Of a stretch of 64,000 nucleotides of DNA, positions 17,701 to 31,169 are shown piece by piece. The notes beneath the pieces are model-generated. The model did no database searches. It was not told the DNA's origin and was given only the letters and a program-made list of their open reading frames with translations. The position numbers and the translations under genes were made by a program. Each line of letters starts with the position of its first letter. The first letter of the stretch is position 1. Source of the DNA: the human T2T-CHM13v2.0 reference genome, Homo sapiens; NCBI GenBank assembly GCA_009914755.4, contig CP068257.2:8640001-8704000 (forward strand). The letters run 5' to 3'.

Positions 17701-18508
17701 GACCAAACACCATTCACTCTTCTACTTGAACGTTTTCCCTCTATTCTAATGTCACAATCTCTAGCGTTATTAATCAGAATCCTGCATTTAAGGGCATCTG
17801 TTAAATTTTATAGCTGATTATAAAACCATCATTTAAAGAGGACCAAAATGAGACAACAATTGTCTGTGGATGACAAAAACATTAAGGGCAGCCACAGTTA
17901 AAGACACGAACAACAGCCTTTAAGGTAGAATTTTCTGTAGAGCCTATTATGAGGGAGATATTTCTAGTTATTACCTCTTTTATTCTAAACCATAGAAAAA
18001 GGACCTATCAAATAAAGTCCTTCTAGAAGAGTGAAGGGCTCCTGGCAATGTTCTCTTTAATCCATGATGTGGGATAAAGGGAGTTTTGACTGATTATGAG
18101 GCAATATATATACCACTAAAGTTTCAACAACCTAAAAGAAAAAAAAAAAAAGCAGGGGAGGGATGTCCTGGAAGAACCAGATGGAGCCATAGCAGAAGAT
18201 GATTTCAATCCACTGACCCCTGAATTGTGGGCTGGTTGTGCTGCATTGCTCTGCGACTTATGGTTCTGCCGCAACAAAGATCTAATTCCCAGGGTTATAG
18301 CAAAAGACATTTGCGGTACCCCTGAGGCACAGAGAAGGGAGAAATCCAAACCTGACTTAAGTCTAGGGTTCTTAAACCACACAATCTCCTCACAAGGAGG
18401 ACCTTAACTCTGAAGATACTGATTTGGGGCTGTTTCAAAGAAAGAAATTATAAATATGAGTGGGAAAGAGAACAATCTTCCCCATATCCAGTGTCAAAAA
18501 AATGAGGC

Positions 18509-19125
18509 AGAGGGAAGGAAAGAAGGAAGGAAGGAGGAAAGGAAGGAAGGAAGAAAGGAAGGAGAGAGGGAAGGAAGGAGAGAGGAAAGAAAGGAGGGAA
18601 GGAAGGAGAGAGGAAAGAAAGGAGGGAAGGAAAGAGAGAGGGAAGGAAGGAAGGAAGTAGGGAGGGAGGGAGGGAGGGATGGAAGGAAGGAAGGAGAGAG
18701 GGAAGGAAGGAATGAAGGAAGGAGAGAGGGAAGGAGAGCAGGAAGGAAGGAAGGAAAGAAGGAAGGAGAGAGAGAAGGAAGGAAGGAGGGAGGGAGGGAA
18801 GGAAGGAAGGAGAGAGGGAAGGAAGGAAGGAGGGAAAGAAGAAAGGAAGAAAGGAAAGAGGGAAGGAAGGAAGGCAGAAAGGAAGGAGGGAAGGAAGAAA
18901 GGAAGGAAGGAAAGGGAAGGAAAGAGGGAAGGAAGGAGGGAAGGAAGGAGGGAAGGAAGAAAAGAAGGAAGGAAAGAGGGAAGGAAGGAGGGAAGGAAGG
19001 AGGGAAGGAAGAAAGGAAGGAAGGAAAGAGGGAAGGAAGGAAGGAAAGATGGAAGGAAGGAGGGAAGGAAGGAGGGAAGGAAGGAAGGAAACGAAGGAAA
19101 CAAGGAAGGAAAGAAGGGAAGGAAC
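18509..19125. repeat. GGAA/GGGA-rich microsatellite, ~620 bp
   Basis: Near-continuous ggaaggaaggaaag / ggaaggaggg units. The track ORFs of 233-241 aa on both strands are repeat translations. Confidence 0.95.
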
Positions 19126-19629
19126 TTGGATATGCACAAAAACAAAATTTAAATTAAAACGGAAGTCTATCATCTGACCTAATTGGAAATGTACTATTTT
19201 CTAAAACAATTTATACAGTCCAAATATAAAAGGGTGCTGATTGGTATTTGTAACTCTCCAGCATATATTCTGAATCAATTTGAACATCTGCTGAAATCTA
19301 CCAATTTGCATACCTTCACAAACTTAATCAATACTGGAGCTGAAAGTTTGTTATACCTGAGATTTCACTAAATTTAAACATTGCAACCCTAACTCTAGCA
19401 GAGTAACTGCATATAGAATAGAGGGCACATACTTATGCCTCACATTTGTTACCTTGACTAAATTTCCCGTTGTCATAGAAGCCTTTGTCCACAGGGGACC
19501 TGGATGCTCTGACCCAATGAGTAACAAATTGATATTAAATCATTTGCACTTACACATTGACTTCACCAAATGTAACCTTACAGAACTCCCCTCCTGTTTT
19601 TTTTAAATTTGATTTATTTTTAATTTTTC

Positions 19630-19918
19630 ATTTTTTTAGAGATGGGGTCTTCCTCCATTACCCAGGCTGAATGAAGTGCGGTGACGCAATCATAGCTCAC
19701 TGCTGCCTCGAACTCCTGGGCTCAAGCAATCCTCCCATTTTAGCCTTCCAAGTAGCTGGGATTACAGGCATGCACCAACACAGCCAATTAAAAAAATTTA
19801 TAGAAGTGGAGTCTTGCTATGTTGCCTAGACTGCTCTCAACCTTCTGGCCTCAAGCAATCCTCCTGCCTCGGCCTCCCAAAGTGCTGGGATTACAGGTGT
19901 GAGCCATCGTGCCTAGCC
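19630..19918 (-). mobile_element. Alu, full length, antisense
   Basis: Poly-T, then gagatggggtcttcctccattacccaggctg...cctcggcctcccaaagtgctgggattacaggtgtgagccatcgtgcctagcc. Confidence 0.9.
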
Positions 19919-20171
19919 TCCCCATCTTGATAAATTAGCAAATATGGTAAAATATAAATTACAACATGACTTCAAATAAATAAAACTTATTATATAAGAC
20001 CTAATTAATTAGTGAAGGGGTGATAATCCTCATTGCTTCAACGTTTAGCAGTAGAATTTGGCCTGTTCTTAAACCTGCATATAATATATGGTGTTTCACA
20101 GTGGATTGCTGTAATGTGACTGCAGTGCTCCCATCCATTAAGGCCCTCGTACCCATTGCCAAATATTGTGG

Positions 20172-22726
20172 CTAATTTTTTTTTATTGCAATAGGTTTTT
20201 GGGGAATATGATGGGGTTTTTTTAATTTCAATAGGATTTTGGGAAACAGGTGGTGTTTGGTTACACGAATAAGTTGTTTAGTGGCGATTTCTGAGATTTG
20301 CGGTGCACCCATCACCCAAGCAGTGTACACTGTACCCAATGTGTAGTGTTTTATCCCTCACCGCACCCACCCCACCACTCCCAGCGTTTCCCTGAGTCCT
20401 CGAAGACCATTGTATCATTCTTATGCCTTTGCATCCTCATAGCTTAGCTCTCACTTATGAATGAGAACATACAATGTTTGGTTTTCCATTCCTAAGTTGC
20501 TTCACTTAGAATAATGGTGTCCAGTTTCATCCAGGTTGCTGTGAATGCATTATTTCATTCTATCTTATGGCTGAGTAGTATTCCATGTGGTAAATATTTA
20601 TACCACATTTTCTTTATCCACTTATGGATTGGTGGGCATTTAGACTGGTTTCAAATTCTTCCAATTGCATATTGTGCTGCTATAAACATTCGTGTGCTAG
20701 TATCTTTTTCATATAATGACTTATTTTCCTCTGAGTAGATACCCAGGAGTGGAATTACTGGATCAAATGATAGATCTGCTTTTACTTCTTTGGAAATCTC
20801 CTCGCTGTTTTCCATAGCTGTTGTACTAGCTTACATTCCCTCCAAAAAGTGTAAAAGTGTTCCCTTTTTGCCACATCCATGCCAACATCTATTAGTTTTT
20901 GATTTTTTGATTATGACCGTTCTTGCAGGAGTGAAGGGGTATCATATTGTCTTATGGTTTTGATTTACCTTTCCCTGATAATTAGTTATGTTGAGCATTT
21001 TTTCATGTGTTTGTTGGCCAGTTGCTTCTTTTGAGAATTGTCTGTTCATGTCCTTAGCCCACTTTTTGATGGGATGTTTTCCTTGCTGCTTTGTTTGAGT
21101 TCCTTGCAGATTCTGGGTATTACTCCTTTAATCAGAAGTACAGATTGCGAAGATTTTCTGCCACTCTGTAGGTTATCTGTTTACTCTGCTGATTATTTCT
21201 CTTACTGTGCAGAAGCCTTTTAGTTTAATTAAGTTTCATCTATTTATCTTTGCTTTAGTTGCATTTGCTTTTTGGGTTATTGGTCATGAAGTCTTTGCCT
21301 AAGCCAATGTCTAGAAGAGTTTTTCCAATGTCGTCTTCTAGAACTTTTATGGTTTCAGGTATTAGATTTAAGTCCTTGATCCATCTTGAGTTGATTTTTG
21401 AATAGGGTGAGAAATGAGCATCCACTTTCATTCTTCTATGTGTGGCTTGCCATTTATCTCAGCACCATTTGTTGAATAGGGTATTTTTCTCTGCTTTATG
21501 TTTTTGTTTGTTTTGTTGAAGATTAGATGACTATAAGTATTTGGCTTTATTTCTGGGTTCTCTATTATGTTACATTGATCTATATGGCTATTTTTATACC
21601 AGTACCATGCTGTTTTGGTGACTATGGCCTTCTAGTATAGTTTGAAGTCAGCTTCTAGATTTGTTCTTTTTGCTTAGTCTTGCTTTGGCTATACAGACTC
21701 TTTTTTGGTTCTAGGCTTTTATTACCTTAAGGTATGTCCCTTCTATGTCTTTTTTAGTTCCATGTGAATTTTTGTAGTTCTGTGAAGACTGATGTTGGTA
21801 CTTTAATGGGGATTGCATTGAGTTTGTAGATTGCTTTTGGCAGTATGGTATTTCACAATATTGATTGTACCCATCCTTGAGCATGGGATACGTTTCCATT
21901 TGTTTGTGTCTATGATTTCTATCAGCAGTGTTTTGTAGTTTTCCTTGTAGAGGTCTTTTGTCTCTTTGGTTAAGTATTCCGGATATAATTAAGATTTTGT
22001 CTGCAAAGATTGCATGCAATTGACAATTATAGGAATATACTATTATAATTATAAGAATTATAATATTCCTAAGGTTTTTATTGCAGCTATTGTAAAAGGG
22101 GGTGAGTTTTTTATTTAATTCTCAGCTTGTTCACTATTACTGTATAGCAGAGCCACTGACTTGTGTACATTAATTTTGTATCCTGAAACTTTGCTGAATT
22201 CATTTACCAGTTCTAGTAGCTTTTGGGATGTGTCTTTAGGGCTTTCTAGGTATACGATCGTGTCATCAGCAAAGAGTGACAGTTCGACTTCCCCTTTACC
22301 GATTTGGATGCCCTTTATTTCTCTTATCTGATTGCTCTGGCTAGAACTTCTAGTTCTGTGTTGAATAGAAGTGGTGAAGGTTGGAATCATTGTCTTGTTC
22401 CAGTTCTCAGGGGGAATGCTTTCAAATTTTCCCCATTCTGTATAATGTTGGCTGTGTGTTTGTCATATATGGCTTTTATTACCTTAAGGTATGTCCCTTC
22501 GATATTGATTTTGCTGAGGGTTTTAATCATAAAGGGATTCTGGATTTTGTCAAATGCTTTTTCTATGTCGATTTTGCTGAGGATTTTAGGCATAAAGCGA
22601 TGCTGGATTTTGTCAAATCCTTTTTCTGCATGTATTGAGATGATCATGTGATTTTTGTTTTTAATTCTCTTTATATGGTGTATCACATTTATTGACTTGC
22701 ATATGTTTAACCGTCCTGCATCTCTG
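20172..22726 (-). mobile_element. old L1 (L1PB/L1MA-like), antisense; 3' end at low coordinates; 5'-truncated in the ORF2 RT region
   Basis: tttttttttattgcaataggtttttgggg...ggtggtgtttggttacacgaataagttgtttagtggcgatttctgagatttgcggtgcacccatcacccaagcagtgtacactgtacccaatg is the reverse complement of the L1 3' end. Minus-strand ORFs at 22115-22390 and 22387-22686 encode RT-domain peptides ([12 protein letters not shown].., ..[10 protein letters not shown]). Confidence 0.8.
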
Positions 22727-22799
22727 GTTTCTCCTCAGATCGTATGCATCTTTCACCTTTGATGGTTCATTTTATTTGCCAAGTTGGGTTGCCTAGAGA

Positions 22800-23210
22800 T
22801 TTGGTTAAACACTCTGGATATGTCTGTGAGGGTGTTCCTTGATGAGATGAATATTTGACTATGTAGACTTAGTAAAGTAGTTGCCCTCCCCAATGTGAGT
22901 GGACCTCATCCAATCCATTAAAAACTCAAATGAAACACAAAAGTAGAGGAAGAGAGAATTCACTCTCTTTGTCTGATGATTTCAGAGCTGAGACGTAGAT
23001 TGAAGTCAGACGTGGACTCTAACTGATGCCATCAGCTTTCCTTGTTCTCAGGACTTTAGGCTTCAACTGGAACTCCAACATTGGCAGTCCTGGGTCTCCA
23101 GCTTGCTGACTGCAGGTCCTGGGACTTCTTAGCCTCCATAACCACATGAGCCAATTCCTTATAATAAACCTATATATATTCATGCAACTGGTAAATATTT
23201 TGTTGTTATA
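22800..23210 (+). mobile_element. ERVL-MaLR LTR fragment (MLT1/MST-like)
   Basis: gtgagggtgttccttgatgagatgaatatttgactatgtagacttagtaaagtagttgccctccccaatgtgagtggacctcatccaatccattaaaaactcaaatgaaacacaaaagtagaggaagagagaattcactctctttgtctgatgatttcagagctg...ctgggtctccagcttgctgactgcaggtcctgggacttcttagcctccataaccacatgagccaattccttataataaacc matches the MaLR LTR consensus. Confidence 0.5.
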
Positions 23211-23632
23211 GATTTGGCTACCATTTTCTTTTTTGTGCCTATTTTAACAGAGTCTCAGTCATAGCCTGCCTTCATCTCTGAAGGGACCAGGCGACCCACA
23301 GAGTGCCTCAGCAGCCTTGTCATTGCATGCAATCTTCACAGACAAGATCTCACTGCAACCACCTTTCTACAGGAGCACAGATGTGACATTATACTGATGA
23401 CATCATTCTCAGAGAAAATTAATTTTACACACTAAGGACACACAGATACAAGGAGGCTTACACAAAGGGAATGGAGCTTTCCTCAACACAGTAGTGCAAG
23501 GCCCTGCCACTTTGCTTCAATTCCTGAAAATTCCTTGGTAAACATGGGGCTGCCCTATTCCTGACACTTTCAAAAAATAGTTATTGATCCTCTCAGCGTC
23601 CACAATATTAATACAAGCCCAACATTCTTTAA

Positions 23633-23937
<305 letters not shown>

Positions 23938-25345
23938 TAATTCTTTACTTGGGGTTCAGGTGACAACATATTTCTTATTTACAAATCTTACTTAATCTCA
24001 CTGATGCTGTCACTGGCAAACTGACCCACCTTGAATGAAGCCTCCTCCAACAAGTCTGGAATCTGTCCGAATTTAAATTAACAGGTGCTCCTATAAATTC
24101 CCTCAGAGAACACACTGTGGATGCTTCAGCAACCTCTTCCCATGCCTCCTGAATTATCTGGGTTGCATATGGTAGCCATAAGTTGTCCATGGGCCTCTGA
24201 TGTAAAAAACAAACCTGCCCCCTTTTGACCCTGTGCTGTACAGTATCAGGGCAGTGATTGCTGACCACATACTGGACCACTGGAAACAGAGGGCTCTGCG
24301 TCCATGTCCATGAGCCTTCATGCCCATCTGGCCATCAAGCCTTGGGAAGCAGCACCCCACAGGCTTGGCACAGCTGCAGATACCTTCTTGCCTCAGGATG
24401 GAGTCAAACCTGGACCCCTTGACATTCTCATCTGCAGGAAACCCTGGCCTCATTCATCCTCAGGCTGTGGTGCTGGTACTGGCCTCCTTCATCCTCAGGC
24501 TGGAAGTCACCCATCTCTGAGGTCCCTTGGGATCGACTGAGTGACCAGCAGTGAAGTTCGTCCACCTTCTGAATGGATGCCATCATCGGACGTGGTGGAG
24601 CTCAGTGGGATGCTGCTGCCTTCCCTCCCTTAGCTAGGATGTCCCTGATAAAGGATGACACATAAGCCCCAGCACGACTGGCCAAACTTGAGATGGTCAT
24701 CTCAACACTGATGCTGTGCCAGCAATTAGCCCCATTTGTACATTTTTAAAAACTTTTTGGCAATTGCCAAGAATTGTTCACCTTCCCTCCTCATTGAATT
24801 AAAGAAACTTCTTGTCTCATGGATACTCAGAATACCAATCAAGGTAACAGACGGCTTTTTTTAACCAAGGACACAGTGCGGATCTCACAGGGACACTCCT
24901 TATCCCCTGCAGAGTTCCAGACACTACTGATGGTGACCAAGGCAACATTTCATCAGAAAACACAGTGCTGGGCTTGTGAAAAAGGTGTCCAGTAGAGCTT
25001 CCACTGCCCCTATAGGCTGCAGGGAGTTGCTTTAGTTGAGAGATAGACTGAGCTCCTCAAAGAATTCCTATTTAAGTTACAAAGCAGTGAGTGGATGCCC
25101 TGCTGGGTTCCACTGTTGCCACAGGCTTTGATTACTCTAAGTTCATGCTTCTTAGGAAAGTGCACTTTTTACACCAATGCTACACAGTTCCCTCAGGTGC
25201 CTTTACTGGACATCAAGGAGTTCACATTTTTGACAACCATTTAGTCCTAGACTGTCCAAGGGGTGCAGGTAGCTCCGTACAGGAAGCTGCCTGCTGCTTG
25301 TGGATCAGTAATATCAGACTTGCCCAACAACTCACTAGAGACATG

Positions 25346-25500
25346 AAAACCAATGCATGGGGGATGCATGACGTCACCCAAATATTTATGAACACGCTTA
25401 TGCTGCCAGAGACTCTAGATCTCTAAACCAATGCATGGGGAATGTATGACATCACCCAAATATTTATCAACATGCTTGTGCTGCCAGAGACCCCAGATCA
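25346..25500. repeat. tandem duplication, 2 x ~79 bp
   Basis: aaaccaatgcatgggggatgcatgacgtcacccaaatatttatgaacacgcttatgctgccagagactctagatctct, then aaaccaatgcatggggaatgtatgacatcacccaaatatttatcaacatgcttgtgctgccagagaccccagatcag. Confidence 0.85.
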
Positions 25501-26912
25501 GTTTTCCTGCCTCCTGCTAAACAAATGGGGGCAGTAGCTTTGCATCAGCTTCCACATTTCATTACTCATAACTGTGGCCTTCTTAATTTCTCATGTCCCT
25601 AAGCACTTATTACAATGCCTCAACAGCCTTCTCTCAGCTTCTCAAAATATTAGTCATCATTAAAATAAATGTCTGATGTTAAAGCATCAGGGTCAATTGT
25701 ATTGTGACACCTAAAATTTCATGAAGCACCCCACCATGTCCTCAGCCTAATGGCTTTCATGCCCCCACCAGACTGCAAAACTCTGAATTAGTCAAGCACA
25801 TCCCTGAAGGGACCAGGGGTTACCCCACCCTCTGATTTCTATCAAGCCTGTCTCCCACACCCTCTGCTCCAGAGCGCAACCCCCGGGTAGACCTGCATAG
25901 ATGCAGTGTCATCCCCTGCTGGGCTGAGTATGTGTGACGAATGAATTACTTTGAATTTCATCTGCTCAGTGTTTGTTTTGCCTGCAGCCATTCCCAGAAT
26001 TCTAGGGCAAGACTAGCTTCTTCGCCAATAGGGTGAACAGGAAGGAACCCAACTAGGAATTGCCTTTTTAAAAAAATCCCTTCCCACCCTCTTAATTATG
26101 TAATGCATGCATTTTTATAGCTTTTTTGCTCATTCCATTATCTGAGGTCAGCCACTGATATTTAACCCATCCTTAGCCTCGGAGGAGGGCAGAGGAGCAC
26201 TGGTCATATTGATTTTGCTAGTGGTGACATGATTTCCTCCTGTGCCACTCAAGAGCTCTCCTTCTTTAACTTGATGCTCAGTAGGTTGCATTTCACTCAT
26301 CTTTGCAGATTGTTAGGAAGATGAGAATCAGCTTTCATTTTTGATGTTGCCATAGGGAAGACTCTATGGTAATGTTTATTTGCACAATCAACTTTTTCTT
26401 ATTTTCCCCCAGAAATTGCAAACTCTTATGTGAGAGACAGCTTTCTGGAGTCTGCAAACATAGATTATCTTCTCTCTTTTGGTGGCAAATTTCTTATATC
26501 CCCACCAACAATAAAATAGTTACATATAATTTTGGTATGTCATATTGATTGCCAACTACAAGTAAGAACATTCCTTGATTTTAAATCTAGATTAATTATG
26601 AAAATTTGGGAGCCACAAAAAATTATTGTGTACAAATTTATAGACCTCTTCTTAGGATTAAATGAGTTAATATTAACTAATATTTATTGTGCAGTTAAGG
26701 TATGGCAGAAGCTTCCTATGTAGTATTTCATTTTATACTTAAAACAATATTCCATGCAAAATGCTATAATTTCCCCATGCCTCCAATTTGGACATGATAA
26801 AACTGGGTCTCGTAAAGTTTTCACCCCAGAGTTCTCTGCTTAGTAAGAAGTAGAAGGAAGTCTAAACCTAAGTCATCTGATTTCAAAGCCCATATAGTTA
26901 AAGGCTCTAAAT

Positions 26913-27460
26913 GCAGCTTCCCATGGTGATGGTGACTATGAGGGCCTGTCACATATGATGTAGGACCCCAGTGCTTCCCTGTAATATGTGCAGGATTCCC
27001 GTGATGACGGTGACTATGAGAGCCTGTCACATACGATGTAGGACAGTGCTTCCCTGTAAACATGCGCAAGATTCCCATGGTGATGGTGACTATAATCCTG
27101 TCACCTATGATGTAGGCAGTGCTTCCTCTGTAACATGCACAAGATTCCCGTGATAATGGTGACTATGACAGCCTATCACATATGATGTAGAGCCCCAGTG
27201 CTTCCTCTGTAACATGCACTAGATTCCTGTGATGATGGTGACTATGAGATCCTGTCACATACGATGTAGGACAGTGCTTCCCTCTAACATGCACAAGATT
27301 CCCGTGATGATGGTGACTATGAGAGCCCATCACATATGATGTAGGACAGTGCTTCCCTGTAACATGTACAAGATCCCGTGATGATGGTGAGTATGAGAGC
27401 CTGTCACATATGATGTAGGACAGTGCTTCCTCTGTAACATTCACAAGATTCACCCGTGGA
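26913..27460. repeat. minisatellite, ~75-bp unit x about 7
   Basis: Unit approximately cacaagattcccgtgatgatggtgactatgagagcctgtcacatatgatgtaggacagtgcttccctgtaacatg. Minus-strand His-rich ORFs here are repeat artefacts. Confidence 0.9.
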
Positions 27461-28000
27461 TTTATTAAAATGCAAACTCATAGTCCACACTTTGACTAGC
27501 TAAGATAAGAGCATTTAAATGGATGTCCTGGTGACAGTGCTAAGATGCTACTGTTCATGTGGGCACTGGCTCACCATATTAACGAAGCTTAGGACCTCCA
27601 GTCCCTGCTGGAAAAGAAATACAGATACATAGGATGTGACTGTGCATATGGAATATCTGTTGTGTTCTGGACATTGTACTAGACACTAGAGATAAAAAGT
27701 CAAATATTCCTTGCCTCTATCTGAAAGGAGCTTCCTTCTCAGTGGCTTCTGACTGCAGTGTATATTTTCTCTTCTGTCCTGGGTGGGTGAGCTCTATCTC
27801 AATGTTGGTAACTGAACACTGCCCAGTGGGTTTGATGAGGGAGATCACAGCTAGCTGCGCTCCCACATAGCTATGACCATAGCATACCTCGTGATGCCAT
27901 TTCCCCCTTGTCAGAAGTGTCCCTCCAGTATCATACATGCTCCCCATGATTATAAATTCTTCCTCCTTCCACTAAATGTTCCTAAATCTTGCAAAGATAA

Positions 28001-28366
<366 letters not shown>

Positions 28367-28555
28367 AAATTCCTTACTTTTCATGTGTTTAATATTTTCT
28401 CCCAATTTATAGAATATATTGATTAAGAATAAATTTTAGCCACACATATATATTAAAAACTTCATGATATACTTTGCTATTTTTAAATTTCTTATGCTCT
28501 TATAAAATGTGTGTTCTGGACTCATGTTGGCTTCCATTTCTTCCCTCTGGCTTCT

Positions 28556-28680
28556 ATTAGTTTAGGCTATGAGCAGAGATGGACAAGGTGGCTACTGTAA
28601 TGGATCAAGGCTATGAGCAGAGATGGATGAGGCAGCGGCTGTAATCGATCAAGGCTATGAGCATCTTGTGAAGTAGGATG
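28556..28680. repeat. short tandem repeat, ~45-bp unit x 2.5
   Basis: aaggctatgagcagagatggacaaggtggctactgtaatggatc / aaggctatgagcagagatggatgaggcagcggctgtaatcgatc / aaggctatgagcatc. Confidence 0.7.
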
Positions 28681-28776
28681 TTAAATCTGTAAATATTAGA
28701 ATGAATCCAAATTTATCAATTCAAAACTGCATTGTAAAACAGCTCAAAACGGACTAAAAACACAGCTCTACAAGTT

Positions 28777-29054
<278 letters not shown>

Positions 29055-31169
29055 CTCTAAACGAAGGTGGCTAGAAAATTAGCTCAACTTGTTCCTGTCT
29101 GGTTAAATACAAACATAAATGAACTACTTATATGCCCCAGTGGCTTCATAATGTTGAAAGCAAAGTCAATTGTTCTAGCAGGTTCTGGAAAACTTTATCA
29201 TATCATGGGGTTCAATGAAAATATCAAATCATAAATATAACAATCAAATCTGAAAGTGAATCTAGTTTCAAAGATCTCAGAAACCACTGTGTAGGAAGCT
29301 CTTTTCAGATAGAGACAAGGGATTATTTGACTTCTTATCTCTGTTGTCTAGCACAATGTCCAGAACACAACAGACATTCCATATCCATAGTCACATCCTA
29401 TGTATGTGTATTTCTTTTCCAGCAAGGACTAGAGGTCCTAAGCTTTGTTTATATGGTGAGCCAGTGCCCAGATGAGCAGCAGAATCTTAGCACAGTCACC
29501 TACACACTCATTTCAATGCTCTGTCCCCTTATCCAAGCTAGTCAAAGTGTGGTCTATGGTTTTGCATTTTAAGGAGATCCCCGGGTGAATCTTGTGGCTG
29601 TCAAAGGAGGAGAAGCACTGCCGAAAAGGTGAACTAATTTATTGAGGCAGGCTGGCTATTTATTTATTTATCTTGTTGATGAGAAGATTCAAATTGACAT
29701 ACACAATTACCCCCATAAAGATTTCAGGTAAAAAACAAACAAAGGTTTAGATATCAGATGTGTTTTACAACTACCACACCACTCTTTACTACAGCATCTA
29801 GTAGCACAGAAATTAGGTGAAAATTTCTGTCTCATGAGCCTTCTGTCAGTACTTTTAAAATTGGATACTCAATAAATAGTGGCCAAATTGAATCTCTTAC
29901 AGGCATGTCACTCAAACTGCAGTCATACTTTCCAATAGGCCCCATAAAAATCCTTGTTCTGGAGCAATCTAATATATTTATCCACCTCTTTAGACACTTA
30001 GGTAAGTATAATAATACAAGTTTTTTTTTGTGTGTGTGTGTGTGTATTGTGTACCTTGTGGCCTCTTGCCCAGTTTCGCAACACCTGAAGCTGAGGCAAG
30101 TTTAATGTAAATAACCTCCAGCAATGTTAGAAATGTTGACTTTTATGTGTCCGTCAGGAAAAAAGGATGAATATTATTGTAGAGGAAATTTTCATTTTGG
30201 AAAAAATGAATACTGTTTGAATATTACTTTCATGCTTTCCACAGATATTATACACAGATATTATATTCCAAGGGTTATGTTTCAAAGTCATCAAAAATAG
30301 AAAATACATTGTATATTTCTAGCTGAAAATAATAACAGTAATTAGCCTACTTTTGGGGAAATGTGATAAAAATATTAATGAACATCAAAACTCATTAAAA
30401 GCACAAAATGTGCAATGATTTAAACTACATGTTCTTTATATGAATTATACATGTAGACATATAGACACGTTTGATAAATGTTATTTAAAATCTGAGTGCT
30501 TTGGTAAATGATTCAGTCATCTGTAGATTGAAGGGATTACTTTTATCTGTCTTCATAGTGAGAATTAGATTTCTATTCTTTATAAAGCAGGGAATATAGA
30601 TTGTGCATGGAGTAAAATCATTCAATCCTTATTAATAATGATGGTAGCTGCGCTGCAGAGGAGAAAGACTGTCAGAGTAACGTGTTCAGTTTTACATCAT
30701 AATCAGAGTGTGTCGATCTCTGCTTAAGGCAGAATTAAAAAGTGCTTCAGCATTTTTTAAATAATAGATGAAAAACATCTCAAAGTCACTTTTAAAATTT
30801 GAATGAACAATTCCACATAACAGGAAAAGGACCAAGAACATCTTAAAGAAATATTTCACGATGGAAGTGATGTTTTGAGTGCAATTTCATCAAGGAGAAG
30901 TTTTTCCAGAAAGTCTTTTGACCTCAGGAAGAATCTCATTAGTTTACTCTGGTAAATAGTTTCTAGTAAAATGAGAAAGAGTTGACTTTTTAAAAACAAT
31001 AAAAAAATTACACGGTTTAATCTAATGTTGTGATTTCGAAAGTGCTGCTTGTGCCCTCATAGTTACGCATGTGTATTTATATGCATTTTCATCGCTCACT
31101 CAAACGCCAATAAAATATGTTACTATCCAGGCTCCTTTAAAGCCAAATTAATTTCTAAAAGTGAGGATT

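Noticed and set aside
18435-19173. Three overlapping long ORFs (233-241 aa) on both strands, rich in Gly/Arg/Lys/Glu or Ser/Leu/Pro/Phe
   Set aside because: They are pure translations of the GGAA/GGGA microsatellite in different frames. They are open in every frame because the repeat lacks stop codons.
26821-27453. His-rich ORFs (..HSHHHHGKLH..) on the minus strand
   Set aside because: They are repeated translations of the 75-bp minisatellite unit.
26913-27460. Regular ~75-bp direct repeats that could superficially suggest a CRISPR array
   Set aside because: This is a eukaryotic primate context. The units are contiguous with no unique spacers and there are no cas genes. It is a minisatellite.
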